Shown one piece after another: positions 30,262-39,407 of a stretch of 64,000 nt of DNA. Each line of letters begins with the position of its first letter. The first letter of the stretch is position 1. The DNA is from Actinomycetota bacterium (GTDB lineage: Bacteria; Actinomycetota; UBA4738; HRBIN12), in assembly GCA_036390995.1 (NCBI GenBank), contig DASWAT010000064.1, forward strand, positions 18,282 through 82,281, in the 5' to 3' direction. Under the pieces are notes generated by a model. The model was not told where the DNA came from, did no database searches, and saw only the letters and a program-made list of their open reading frames with translations. A program made the translations under genes and the position numbers.

Positions 30262-30636
30262 CTAGATCGACCCCGATCCCTTGCACACCTCGCCGTTCTT
30301 CTTGTTCACGGCACGCACCGCGATCGTGTCCGTGCCGGAGGCGTTCCTCACGGTCCTGTCGATCTCGAAGTCTCCATCGTGCTCTGTGGCCCGCGTACCG
30401 CGCCAGACCACCGAGCCGTTGTGCCGCATCACGGCCCGCCAGGTTTGCCCTGCCCGCGGTGTGTGCCCCTCGAAATCGACCTCGATACTGCCTTCGCGGT
30501 CCAACTCCAGCGTCCAATGCGACCTGAGCGTGCACTGGCCGCTCTTGAAGACTTCCGTGTCTTCAGCTCGGGCGGCGGGAGCCGCGATCGTAAGGAGAGC
30601 CAGAAGAACGATGATCGTCCGCATGAGTCTCGTCAT
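30262..30636 (-). CDS. Small secreted protein (signal peptide), cargo of islet 1
   Basis: Strong GGAGGAAG RBS. N-terminal signal peptide MTRLMRTIIVLLALLTIAAPAARA. 124 aa. Confidence 0.55.
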   Translation of the reverse strand: MTRLMRTIIVLLALLTIAAPAARAEDTEVFKSGQCTLRSHWTLELDREGSIEVDFEGHTPRAGQTWRAVMRHNGSVVWRGTRATEHDGDFEIDRTVRNASGTDTIAVRAVNKKNGEVCKGSGSI

Positions 30637-30843
30637 GCTTCCTCCCGACCTTCTATGGTCGATCCCATGCTCGCAAGCGGACTGATCCTGGACTGCGGTC
30701 GGGCGACCCGCAGGTTAAGGGACTGTTGGCCGCCATGGTGTCAGGGCCGGGTATCGCGAGGACTCGGGAGAGAAGTACAGCAGACAACAGGCGCTTGCCG
30801 GGTTGCGTCGCCATGTCGATCGTCTCGTGTACGCGAGCTCTAT

Positions 30844-30886
30844 CGAGCGGCATGGTGAACGACCACGTAGCGTCCTGCTTCCGGTA
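30844..30886 (+). repeat. Direct repeat copy 2 of the tag 3' end
   Basis: CGGCATGGTGAACGACCACGTAGCGTCCTGCTTCCGGTAC. In-frame pseudo-C-terminus GMVNDHVASCFRY followed by a divergent tail. Confidence 0.85.
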
Positions 30887-31033
30887 CGCCGAGATCGAGG
30901 CCATGAGCAGGGGGCCGGGGCGGATCTAACGTTCACAGCTGCGCTGCCTGTTGGACATGCTGGACGAGTGCTCGGGCCACGCGGACGAGCTCCAGGGGCC
31001 GGGCACCCAGCGCCCGAGGTAAGGGCCCCGGGG

Positions 31034-31438
31034 TCAGATCGGCGGAGCACCGTGCCACGCGATCTGGTTGCAGGTGCCGTGGTAGCGGTCGTGGACGAGG
31101 TCGATGGGGACATCCCACACGCCTTGGATGTGCCGACCGGGGGGAGCCCAGAATCCGATGCTGCGCGGGTGACCCGAAGGTGGGGGCGGGATGATGCCTG
31201 CGTACACCTCTCGTCCGCTGGATCCGAACGCGAAGACGCGGCATTGGACGTTCAGGGCCTGATCGGCAGAGTTGACGGTTACCACCTTGCAGCAATCATG
31301 GGATCCCTCCCCGTAAGGCAAGAGCAGCATCCTCACGGGACTGTCCGATGCAGCCTCCGAGTCGCTGGGGTGCGCCTCACCGCAGGCAACGAGGGTCACG
31401 AGTAGCACGCAAACGGCGGAGAGAACGGCTCGCACCAA
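31034..31438 (-). CDS. Putative lipoprotein, cargo of islet 2
   Basis: Signal peptide with lipobox LVAC. 134 aa. Locally reduced GC upstream. Confidence 0.5.
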   Translation of the reverse strand: MVRAVLSAVCVLLVTLVACGEAHPSDSEAASDSPVRMLLLPYGEGSHDCCKVVTVNSADQALNVQCRVFAFGSSGREVYAGIIPPPPSGHPRSIGFWAPPGRHIQGVWDVPIDLVHDRYHGTCNQIAWHGAPPI

Positions 31439-31716
31439 TCCACCCTTCCGCTCGCGAACCTACACGCCAGCACGCGAGAGGACAATCTGGAGGAGGATGA
31501 ACTTGCGCGCTTGCATCTTCGTCGAGACGTTGCGACGGACCGTAGACATACGCTAGGCGCCTCTCCGCAGTCCTTTTGCCGTATGTACATCGTCGAAGTG
31601 GCCTGCTTGACTTACTGCGTTTGATGGGTTGGCGTGTCCTCGCCGACCTCGGACAATCGGTCACTTCGTCGCGGAGCCCGCGCCGAGATGGGCGACCCGA
31701 GGGGAGGGGTTCGCAC

Positions 31717-32202
31717 ATGAAGAAGCCCACCAAGCGTGGGTGGGGCCTGGTGCTCTTGACGGTGGCACTCGCTGGGACACTGGCGGCTGCCACCATGCTT
31801 CCTGGGTTGGCGACCCCAGGGATCAACAGCGCGAGCACGCTACTGGCCCGGGGCACGGACCAGTCTCCCGGGACCCTTCCGTTCCGGGAAGGAACGGACG
31901 TGGTCGTCGCGCAGAACACGTTCGAGGTCGGTGGCTCGTCAGGGTGGCATTCCCATCCTGGAGGCGTGATCGTGGTGGTCCAGCAGGGTGAGCTCACGCT
32001 GTACCGCTCCGTGGGCAATCACTGTGAATCGACGAGGTACACGGCGGGACAGTCATTCATCGAGCGGCCCGATGACGTGCTGAACGGCGTGAACACCGGC
32101 TCGATCCAAACGATCGTCTACGCGGTGTTCCCCAACGTGCCGATTGGTGGCCCAACAAGGGTCGATGTCGCCAACGATCCCGGCACCTGCCCTGGGGTCT
32201 GA
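31717..32202 (+). CDS. Secreted cupin-domain protein, cargo of islet 2
   Basis: ATG 31717 after a GGGGAGGGG RBS. Signal peptide MKKPTKRGWGLVLLTVALAGTLAAA. Cupin-like GWHSHPGGVIVVV. Confidence 0.55.
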   Translation: MKKPTKRGWGLVLLTVALAGTLAAATMLPGLATPGINSASTLLARGTDQSPGTLPFREGTDVVVAQNTFEVGGSSGWHSHPGGVIVVVQQGELTLYRSVGNHCESTRYTAGQSFIERPDDVLNGVNTGSIQTIVYAVFPNVPIGGPTRVDVANDPGTCPGV

Positions 32203-32507
32203 GGCCTCACGGCTGGCGCGGCGTCCCCCCGCCCGATGGGGGACGTCGCCGCCGACCTGTAGCTTCACGATCCAGGGCTCCACGCAGTCACGGACCTGGC
32301 CCAATCGAAGACCAGTGTCCAGGACTACGACCAACAGTTCCGGCGTGTACCAGCCAGCGGACTCGGCGTGCCTCGCGTTCCTCGGAACGAATCCTCCGGT
32401 CGCAGTGCCGGGTGACGCCTTCACGCAAGATGCGGCCTGCGAGCAGGGAGGGGTACTACGCCTCCAAGCGGGCTACGAGCTGATCGGCGCGATCAAGAAA
32501 GCGACCG

Positions 32508-32550
32508 GCATGGTGAACGACCACGTCACGTCCTGCTTCCGACACCGGGA
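32508..32550 (+). repeat. Direct repeat copy 3 of the tag 3' end (longest upstream match: GCGACCGGCATGG...)
   Basis: GCGACCGGCATGGTGAACGACCACGTCACGTCCTGCTTCCGACAC. Encodes ATGMVNDHVTSCFRH and then a stop. Confidence 0.85.
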
Positions 32551-32552
32551 GC

Positions 32553-33709
32553 TCACGCAGACGTGATGCGTTTGCGGAGCAGGTTGGTCGCCAGTAAGAG
32601 CAGCACCGCCGCGTAGCCGGCCAGCATGGCGAGCTCCGGCAGGACGGCGCCGATCCCGGCGTCGTGCCCGAGGATCTCGCCGAACGCGTCGAGCGCCCAG
32701 GCGTGCGGGGTCACGTGGGCGATCGTCCGCATGACCGGCGGGAAGACCTCGAGCGGCACCATGCAGCCCCCCAGGGCGGCCAGCACGAGCCCGAAGAAGA
32801 CGCCGAACGACCCGGCCTGCTGGGCGTTCGACAGGGCCGAGCCCATCAGCATGGCCGCCCCGGTGCCGACGAGCGCGGTCAGCACCACCACCGCCGCGGT
32901 GGCGAGCGGGTCGCCCCAATCCACGCCGAACAGGAGCAGGGTCACGGCCACGATCAGCGCGCCCTGGAACAGCGCGATGGCGAACCGCCCGAGCCCTTCG
33001 CCCACGATCACCGTCCCCGGCGACGTGGGCGACGCCAGCATCCGTCGCGACACGCCCAGCCGCCGCGTCTCGATCAGCATCGCCGAGGCCGAGAGCGAGA
33101 CGACGAAGATGAACAGCACGACCTCCTGGGCCGCGCCGTACCCCAGCGTGCCGCCGAGCTCGTCGCCCCCGGCCGCCGTGGCCCGCACCGTCACGAACGG
33201 GACCGTGCCGGCGACCTGCCTTGCGCGGGCCAGGGCGGCGTCGAAGCCGGCGGCGCCCTCCTGCTGCGCGAACCGGGCGGCCCGCAGCTCGATGGCCTGG
33301 CGGTCGACGACCCCGGCGACGATCAGGCTGCCCTCCTGCCCGCCGCCCGTCGGCCTCGCGATGTACGGCAGCGACGCGGTCTCGCCCGCGCGGACGTCGC
33401 GGTCGTAGCCCTCGGGGATCACCAGCCCGGCCTCCACCTGCCCGCGCTCCACGGCCGTGGTCAACGACGCCCGGTCGTCGTAGGCGCGCACGCGGATCCC
33501 CTCGGTGCGCTCGAGCCGGTCGAGCAGATCGGCGCCCAACGGTCCGCTCCCCCGGGACACCACGCCGAGCGCCGGCGTGGACGAGGAGCCGAACACCGCC
33601 CGATGGCCAGGATGATCAGGAACGGGAACACCACCATGAAGAACAGCGCGGTCCGGTCCCGGACGATCCGCCGGAGGTTGGTCCCCGCGATGGCCAGGAC
33701 GCGGCTCAT
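32553..33709 (-). pseudogene. ABC-2 family permease with an apparent -1 frameshift near 33596-33605 (possible pseudogene or sequencing error)
   Basis: N-terminus MSRVLAIAGTNLRRIVRDRTALFFMVVFPFLIILAIG (ATG 33709, ATGA-coupled to the upstream permease) runs in one frame. The remaining 347 aa (VFGSSSTPALG...) run in another frame. The junction is at a G-run (ATCGGGCGGTG). Confidence 0.55.
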
Positions 33710-34872
33710 CGCGCGGTCAGCCTCCCCGCCCGGACGGCCCCGAGGCCGCCGAGCACCACCGCGAAGGCCAGCACCGCGCCGACGGAGGGGAGGATCTCGG
33801 CGGCCGTCCCGCCGCCGGCCAGCTCCTGGAACCCGCGCATGAGCCACGCCTGGGGCGCGATGAGGCTCAGGTTCGCCAGGAAAGCCGGACCCTGCGACAC
33901 CGGGAAGAACGTGCCTCCAAGGAGTCCGAGGACCACCGCGGCGGTTGACGCGTACCCGCCCGCCTGCGCCGGGGTCTTCGCCAGGCTCGACACCAGCGCG
34001 GTGAGCCCCATGGCCGCCAGCACACCCGAGACGACGAGCAGCGCCACCCCCACCGGGTCGCCCCAGTCGGCCCCCAGCAGCAGCGTGCTCGCCACCACGA
34101 GCGCGGTCATGCTCACCAGCCCGACCACGAACGTGGCGATGGACTTGCCAGCCAGGATCGCGCCGGGCCGGATCGGCGCCACCAGGAGCCGCGCCAGCGT
34201 TCCGCTCTCTCGCTCGGCCAGCAGGCTGCGCACGCCGAACTCGACCGTGAAGAACACGAAGAACACGGCCATCCCCGCGGCGTAGAACGTGGTCGAGCTG
34301 AACAGGCGGCTCTCGGCGGTGTCCTGCTGCAGGGTCGCGGTGGGGGCGGTCGTCCGGGCCCGCTCCACGAGCGCCGCGAGCTCGGCCGGGTCGGGGGTCC
34401 CGGCGTGGTCGCCGAGCGCGACGGCGACGGACACCTGGATCGCGTTCAGGTCGCTCGCGAACGAGGTGGCCAGCGACCGGGCCACGACGCCGCCGATCGA
34501 CGAGTCAGGGTTGGTGATCACGTCGATCCGACCGCCCCCGCCGGCCGAGGCCGAGAACCCCGCCGGGATCACGAAGGCCGCGGAGACGTCCCCGTCGTCG
34601 GCGAGCCGCTCGGCCGCGGCCGCCGTCGGTGCGGTGCGGAGCTTCACGAAGTCGAGACCCTCGAGGAGCCGGACGAACGAGCCGGCCACCTGGCCCCCGT
34701 CGCGGTTCACGACGGCGTAGGTGGCGGTGAAGGAGCCCTCCTCGACGTTCGCGAGCGTGAGGCTGAAGATCAGCGCCAGACCGAACGGGACGAGGAACGC
34801 GATCACGTACGCGGACCGGTCGCGCATCCGCTGGCGGAGGTCCTTGGCCGCGACGGTGAGGATGCCGCGCAC
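33706..34872 (-). CDS. ABC-2 family transporter permease
   Basis: 388 aa. N-terminal TM, large loop, five C-terminal TM segments. Confidence 0.75.
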   Translation of the reverse strand: MRGILTVAAKDLRQRMRDRSAYVIAFLVPFGLALIFSLTLANVEEGSFTATYAVVNRDGGQVAGSFVRLLEGLDFVKLRTAPTAAAAERLADDGDVSAAFVIPAGFSASAGGGGRIDVITNPDSSIGGVVARSLATSFASDLNAIQVSVAVALGDHAGTPDPAELAALVERARTTAPTATLQQDTAESRLFSSTTFYAAGMAVFFVFFTVEFGVRSLLAERESGTLARLLVAPIRPGAILAGKSIATFVVGLVSMTALVVASTLLLGADWGDPVGVALLVVSGVLAAMGLTALVSSLAKTPAQAGGYASTAAVVLGLLGGTFFPVSQGPAFLANLSLIAPQAWLMRGFQELAGGGTAAEILPSVGAVLAFAVVLGGLGAVRAGRLTAR

Positions 34873-34874
34873 GG

Positions 34875-35834
34875 CTACTCCCGGAGGGCTCGGCCGGTGA
34901 GGTGCAGGAAGACAGCCTCGAGGTTCGGCTCGGCGATCTCCACCGAGGTGACGTGGCCGCCGGCCCCGGCCACCGCCGCGAGCACCGCCGGCAGCACCCG
35001 ATGGGCCTCGCGGGCCACCACGTCAAGCCCGCCCTCGTGCCGGCTCACGTCGTCCACGCCCGACAGCGCTCGCACGGCTGCCTCGGCGGCCTCCAGCTCA
35101 CCCGTGGCCGACAGGCCCACCCGGTCGCGCTCGCCGACCATGGCCACGAGCTCGCGGCGCGTGCCCTCGGCCCTCAGCCGTCCGTGATCGATGATCCCGA
35201 CGCGGTCGCAGAGCCGCTCCGCCTCCTCCATGTAGTGCGTCGTGTACAGGACCGCAAGACCCTGCTCGCGGAACCGCTCGACGCTCGAAAGGATCGCGTT
35301 GCGGCTTTGCGGGTCGACACCGACGGTGGGCTCGTCCAGGACCAGCAAGCTCGGGCGGTTGAGGAGCCCCAGGCCGATGTTCAGGCGGCGCTGCATGCCG
35401 CCCGAATAGTGCTCGACCCGGTCACCGGCCCGCTCGGTGAGGTCGATGACCTCGAGGACCTCGTCCACGCGCGACTCGAGCTCATGGCCGGCCAGGCCGT
35501 ACAGCTTGCCGAAGAACCGGAGGTTCTCCAGCCCGGTGAGGTCCGGGTACAGGGCGAGCTCCTGCGGGACGTAGCCGATCGACGCCTTGACCGCGATGGT
35601 GCGGGTGTCGAGCGGGCGCCCCTCGAGCAGGACCTCGCCCGCGTCGCGGGCCAGCAGACCGCACACCATCGAGATCGTCGTGGTCTTCCCGGCGCCGTTG
35701 GGGCCCAGCAGCCCGTACGTCTCGCCGGCCGCGATGTGGAACCCGACCCCGTCCACGGCCACGAGGTCCCCGAAGGATCTGCGCAGCCCTTCGCAGGCGA
35801 GGATCGTCTCGCTACGTCGCGGGCTCGGCTGCAT
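34875..35834 (-). CDS. ABC transporter ATP-binding protein
   Basis: ATG 35834. Walker A GPNGAGKTT. Signature YSGGMQRRL. Walker B LVLDEPTVGVD. Confidence 0.85.
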   Translation of the reverse strand: MQPSPRRSETILACEGLRRSFGDLVAVDGVGFHIAAGETYGLLGPNGAGKTTTISMVCGLLARDAGEVLLEGRPLDTRTIAVKASIGYVPQELALYPDLTGLENLRFFGKLYGLAGHELESRVDEVLEVIDLTERAGDRVEHYSGGMQRRLNIGLGLLNRPSLLVLDEPTVGVDPQSRNAILSSVERFREQGLAVLYTTHYMEEAERLCDRVGIIDHGRLRAEGTRRELVAMVGERDRVGLSATGELEAAEAAVRALSGVDDVSRHEGGLDVVAREAHRVLPAVLAAVAGAGGHVTSVEIAEPNLEAVFLHLTGRALRE

Positions 35835-36495
35835 CGCGGAACCCCACGATCTTGTGCGAGCCGTCGCAGAACGGCTTGTTGCGCGAGTGGCCGCACCGGC
35901 AGAGCGTGACCCGGTTGCGGACCTCCCAGGTGGTGCCGTCCTCGGACTCCACCGGGATCCGCCCGCGGACCCAGAATGGGCCGTTCGGCTGCACGCCGAT
36001 CGAGGGCTCGAGGGCCGGCTCCAGGTCCTCGTCCGCGTCCGACTCGCGCAGGACCAGCCGGCCCGAGGGGCACCGGTGGACCATCCCGACGAGCTGCTCA
36101 CGGGCCTCCGGGTCGTCCCCTTCCTCCTCCACCAAGGTCCACACGTTCGTCGTCAGGTTCGTGCAGAAGCCCGCTTTCGAGCACAGGGACAGGTCGTCCG
36201 TGAGGATCAGGTCCTCGCCCTCGAACGATCCCCTGCGCGCCGCGGTGGGCCTTCGGTCCGCCGTCTCGGCCCAGTCCCACTCGATCGTTTCGCACGCCCG
36301 GTCGCAGAAGGGCCGCTGCTGGGAGCGATCGCACCGGCACAGGAGGTACTCGCCATCCGGTGTGAGGAACGACGGGCCCTCGTCCCAGTCGACGGGCTCG
36401 CCATGCTCGGTCTTCACGATCGCGGTGCGAAGGAGCGGAGGATCGCCTTGAACGGCGTACGGACCACCTCGCCGCACCTCGATGCGCGCCTGCAC
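35812..36495 (-). CDS. CDGSH iron-sulfur domain protein (two CDGSH-type zinc-finger motifs)
   Basis: Motifs CRCDRSQQRPFCDRAC and CRCGHSRNKPFCDGSHK. Overlaps the start of the downstream ABC ATPase by 23 nt. Confidence 0.7.
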   Translation of the reverse strand: MQARIEVRRGGPYAVQGDPPLLRTAIVKTEHGEPVDWDEGPSFLTPDGEYLLCRCDRSQQRPFCDRACETIEWDWAETADRRPTAARRGSFEGEDLILTDDLSLCSKAGFCTNLTTNVWTLVEEEGDDPEAREQLVGMVHRCPSGRLVLRESDADEDLEPALEPSIGVQPNGPFWVRGRIPVESEDGTTWEVRNRVTLCRCGHSRNKPFCDGSHKIVGFRDAAEPAT

Positions 36496-36504
36496 GGCCG
36501 AAGC

Positions 36505-38013
36505 CTACCCGAGACCGCCGGAAAGGCGCCGCAGCGCGTCGAGCATGCGATCCACGTCGGCCTCGGTGGACAGGTAGTTCACGATACCGGCGCGCAGGTA
36601 GGTGCGGCCGCGGAGCTTCGTCGTGGAGACCCACGCCTCGCCCGACACCTCGAGGGCGCGCTGGAGCCGGTCCTGGTACGCGTCGAGCTCGTCCGGGTCA
36701 AGACCCGGCGGCACGTGACGGAAGCACACAACCGACAACTCGGGCTCGGGCGGCGCCACCTCGAACTCATCGCTCTCGCGGCACCGCCGGGCGAGGTACG
36801 CCGCGAGGTCCACGTTCGCCTCGATGAGCCGCCCGAACCCCTCGCTGCCGAGGTGTTTCCACGACAGCCACAGCTTCAGCGCTCGGAACCGGCGGGTGCC
36901 CTCGATCGAGTACTGCATCCAGTTGAGCGGCGCGTCCTCCGGGTTCGGGGAGCGGTAGTACTCGGGCTCGCGATGGAACGTGCGGACCAGGTCCTCCCGG
37001 CGCTTCACGACGAGCGCGCCGATGTCGTACGCCTGGAAGAACCATTTGTGGGGGTCGATCGTGACGGAGTCGGCACGCTCGAGGTCGGGCACGCGATCCG
37101 CGTCGCGCTTCGAGAACCGGGCGGCGCCGCCGTACGCGGCGTCGACGTGCAGCCACATCCCCTCGCGCTCCGAGATGTCGGCCAGCTCGCCCACCAGGTC
37201 CACCGACCCGGTGTTCGTGGACCCGCTCACCGCGGCGATCGCGAGCGGGGTGAGGCCCTCGGCCCGGTCCTGGGCGATCGCGGCCGCGACCGGCGCCCCC
37301 TGCAGCCGGAACCGCTCGTCCGAGGGGACGATCCGAAGCGTCACCGGCGGGAACCCCAGCGTGGACAGGGCGCGCTCGATCGAGAAGTGCGCCTGGTCCG
37401 AGGCGTACACGCGGACGCCCTCCAGGGCGGACCCCCGTGGCGGCTCGGGCAGGTCGAGGAGCCGCGCGAGGTGCACGTCGCGGGCCACGTTCAGGGCCAT
37501 GATGTTCGCCATCACGCCGCCGGACGTGAGCACCCCCCAGCTGCCGGGCCCGAACCCCACCAGGCCGCGGAGCCAGGACGTGACCTCCTCCTCCACGAGC
37601 GCGGCCACCGGGCCCGCGGCCCACACGTCGACCCCCTGATGCACCCACTGGGACAGGACCTCGCCCGCGATGGACGCCGGCAGGGGGGGCGGGGTGAAGT
37701 AGCTGAACGACCTCGGGTGCTGCGAGTTGAAGACGTGCGGCGCGATACGCTCCCGGAACTCGGCCAGGATGTCCTTCGACGTCGACGGCGCGTCGGGCGC
37801 GGGTCCCGGCTCGTTCGTCCGACCGTAGAACCAACGTCGCAGGTCGGGGTAGGAGTCGGGCGCGACGGGACGGCGCATCGCCTCGCCGTAGAGGTAGTCG
37901 AGGGAGGCCTCCCACGTGAGCCGGCCGAGCTCCTCGAGCGCCTCGCGCGCCTCGGCGGGGTCGCGGAAACCGATCAGCTCGGGTTCGGGATGCCAGGAGA
38001 AGGCGTCGGACAC
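36505..38013 (-). CDS. Group II PLP-dependent amino-acid decarboxylase (DABA/aromatic/glutamate decarboxylase family)
   Basis: Motifs SGGVMANIMAL, HVDAAYGG and DPHKW (PLP-Lys). Confidence 0.85.
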   Translation of the reverse strand: MSDAFSWHPEPELIGFRDPAEAREALEELGRLTWEASLDYLYGEAMRRPVAPDSYPDLRRWFYGRTNEPGPAPDAPSTSKDILAEFRERIAPHVFNSQHPRSFSYFTPPPLPASIAGEVLSQWVHQGVDVWAAGPVAALVEEEVTSWLRGLVGFGPGSWGVLTSGGVMANIMALNVARDVHLARLLDLPEPPRGSALEGVRVYASDQAHFSIERALSTLGFPPVTLRIVPSDERFRLQGAPVAAAIAQDRAEGLTPLAIAAVSGSTNTGSVDLVGELADISEREGMWLHVDAAYGGAARFSKRDADRVPDLERADSVTIDPHKWFFQAYDIGALVVKRREDLVRTFHREPEYYRSPNPEDAPLNWMQYSIEGTRRFRALKLWLSWKHLGSEGFGRLIEANVDLAAYLARRCRESDEFEVAPPEPELSVVCFRHVPPGLDPDELDAYQDRLQRALEVSGEAWVSTTKLRGRTYLRAGIVNYLSTEADVDRMLDALRRLSGGLG

Positions 38014-38045
38014 GCCCGGACTCTACCGAATACGCTGGCCGCTCC

Positions 38046-39407
38046 ATGGGTGAGCCGACGATCGAGCGGGGGCGCGTCCACGAGCTGAAGCGCCGCGAGG
38101 ACGAGCGGTTCGCGGCGGAGCACCCGCGCTCGTTGGAGCTGCTCGCCCGAGCCCGAGCTTCGATGCCGAACGGCGTGCCGATGGCATGGTTGGCCGATCC
38201 CGGCACGTACGAGCACCCGGTGTGGGTCCTCGAGGGCAAGGGCGCGCGGTTCCGCGACGCCGACGGCCGGGAGTACGTGGATTTCAACCTCGCCGACATG
38301 AGCATGTTCTGCGGCTACGCGCCGGGACCCATCGTCGAGGCCGTGTCCCGCCGGATGGCGGGCGGGAACCAGTTCCTGCTGCCCGTCGAGGACTCCATCT
38401 GGGTCGCCGAGGAGCTGGCCCGGCGGTGGGCGCTCCCGAAGTGGCAGTTCACGCTGTCGGCCTCGCAGGCCAACACCGAGGTGATCCGTGTGGCGCGGGT
38501 CGCAACGGGCCGCTCGATCGGACTCATGTTCGAGGGCAAGTACCACGGCCACTTCGACCAAGCGCTCGTGGCACTGGAGGACGGGCACGAGGTGCCCGAG
38601 GAGCTCGGGCTGCCCGCCGGGGTCGCCGAGCAGACCCGCGTGATCGCGTTCAACGACCTCGAGGCGCTCGAGCGCGCGCTCGAGCCGCACGACGTCGCCG
38701 TGGTGCTCCTCGAACCGGCCATGACGAACAACCACGGCCTGATCCTTCCGGACCCCGGCTTCCACGAGGCGCTCCGACGGATCACGCGCGAGACCGGCAC
38801 GCTCCTCGCGTACGACGAGACCCACACGCTCGTGTGCGGGCCCGGAGGGCTGGTCCGGGAGTGGAGCCTCGAGCCCGACCTCGTGTCGCTCGGCAAGTCG
38901 ATCGCGGGCGGCGTGCCGATCGGCGCCTACGGGATGACCGACGACGTGGCCGAGGTGTTCCGCTCCGCCGACCCGCCCGAGGGCGCTCACCCCGGGGTGG
39001 CCACCGGCGGCACCCTGTTCGCGAACGCGCTGACGTTCGCGGCCGCACGCGCCGCGCTCGGGGAGGTCCTCACCGCGGATGCCTACACGCACACCGCGGC
39101 GCTCGGCGGCCGGCTGGCAGACGGGATGGAGGTGTCGGTGCGGCGGGTCGGGCTGCCCTGGACGATCCACAGGCTCTCCCCGCGGTCCGGGTACACATTC
39201 TCGAAACGGTTGCCGCGCAATGCTCGGGAGGCCATCGCCTGCGAAGACCGGCTGCTGGTGCACCTGATCCGCGTGTGGCTGGCGAACCGAGGCGTGTGGG
39301 AAGCGATCCCCGGAGCCGGGCCAACCGTATCGGTGCCCGCAGCGGAGGGCGACGTGGACGGCTACGTCGGGGCCTTCGCCGAGCTGCTGGCCGCGCTGAC
39401 GGCCTAG
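38046..39407 (+). CDS. Class-III aminotransferase (paralog of 10..1329)
   Basis: 453 aa. Divergently transcribed from the decarboxylase. Conserved blocks shared with the first gene in the window. Confidence 0.8.
   Translation: MGEPTIERGRVHELKRREDERFAAEHPRSLELLARARASMPNGVPMAWLADPGTYEHPVWVLEGKGARFRDADGREYVDFNLADMSMFCGYAPGPIVEAVSRRMAGGNQFLLPVEDSIWVAEELARRWALPKWQFTLSASQANTEVIRVARVATGRSIGLMFEGKYHGHFDQALVALEDGHEVPEELGLPAGVAEQTRVIAFNDLEALERALEPHDVAVVLLEPAMTNNHGLILPDPGFHEALRRITRETGTLLAYDETHTLVCGPGGLVREWSLEPDLVSLGKSIAGGVPIGAYGMTDDVAEVFRSADPPEGAHPGVATGGTLFANALTFAAARAALGEVLTADAYTHTAALGGRLADGMEVSVRRVGLPWTIHRLSPRSGYTFSKRLPRNAREAIACEDRLLVHLIRVWLANRGVWEAIPGAGPTVSVPAAEGDVDGYVGAFAELLAALTA

Noticed and set aside
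30653-30904. 83-aa minus-strand ORF and 67-aa plus-strand ORF (30726..30929) spanning repeat copy 2
   Set aside because: They are translations of the repeated tag 3' fragment and its antisense. The same peptide fragment, CRKQD[A/V]TWSFTMP, appears antisense at copy 3. They are not independent genes.
35587-38088. 833-aa plus-strand ORF
   Set aside because: It spans, in antisense, the CDGSH, ABC ATPase and decarboxylase genes, all of which have strong motif support on the minus strand.
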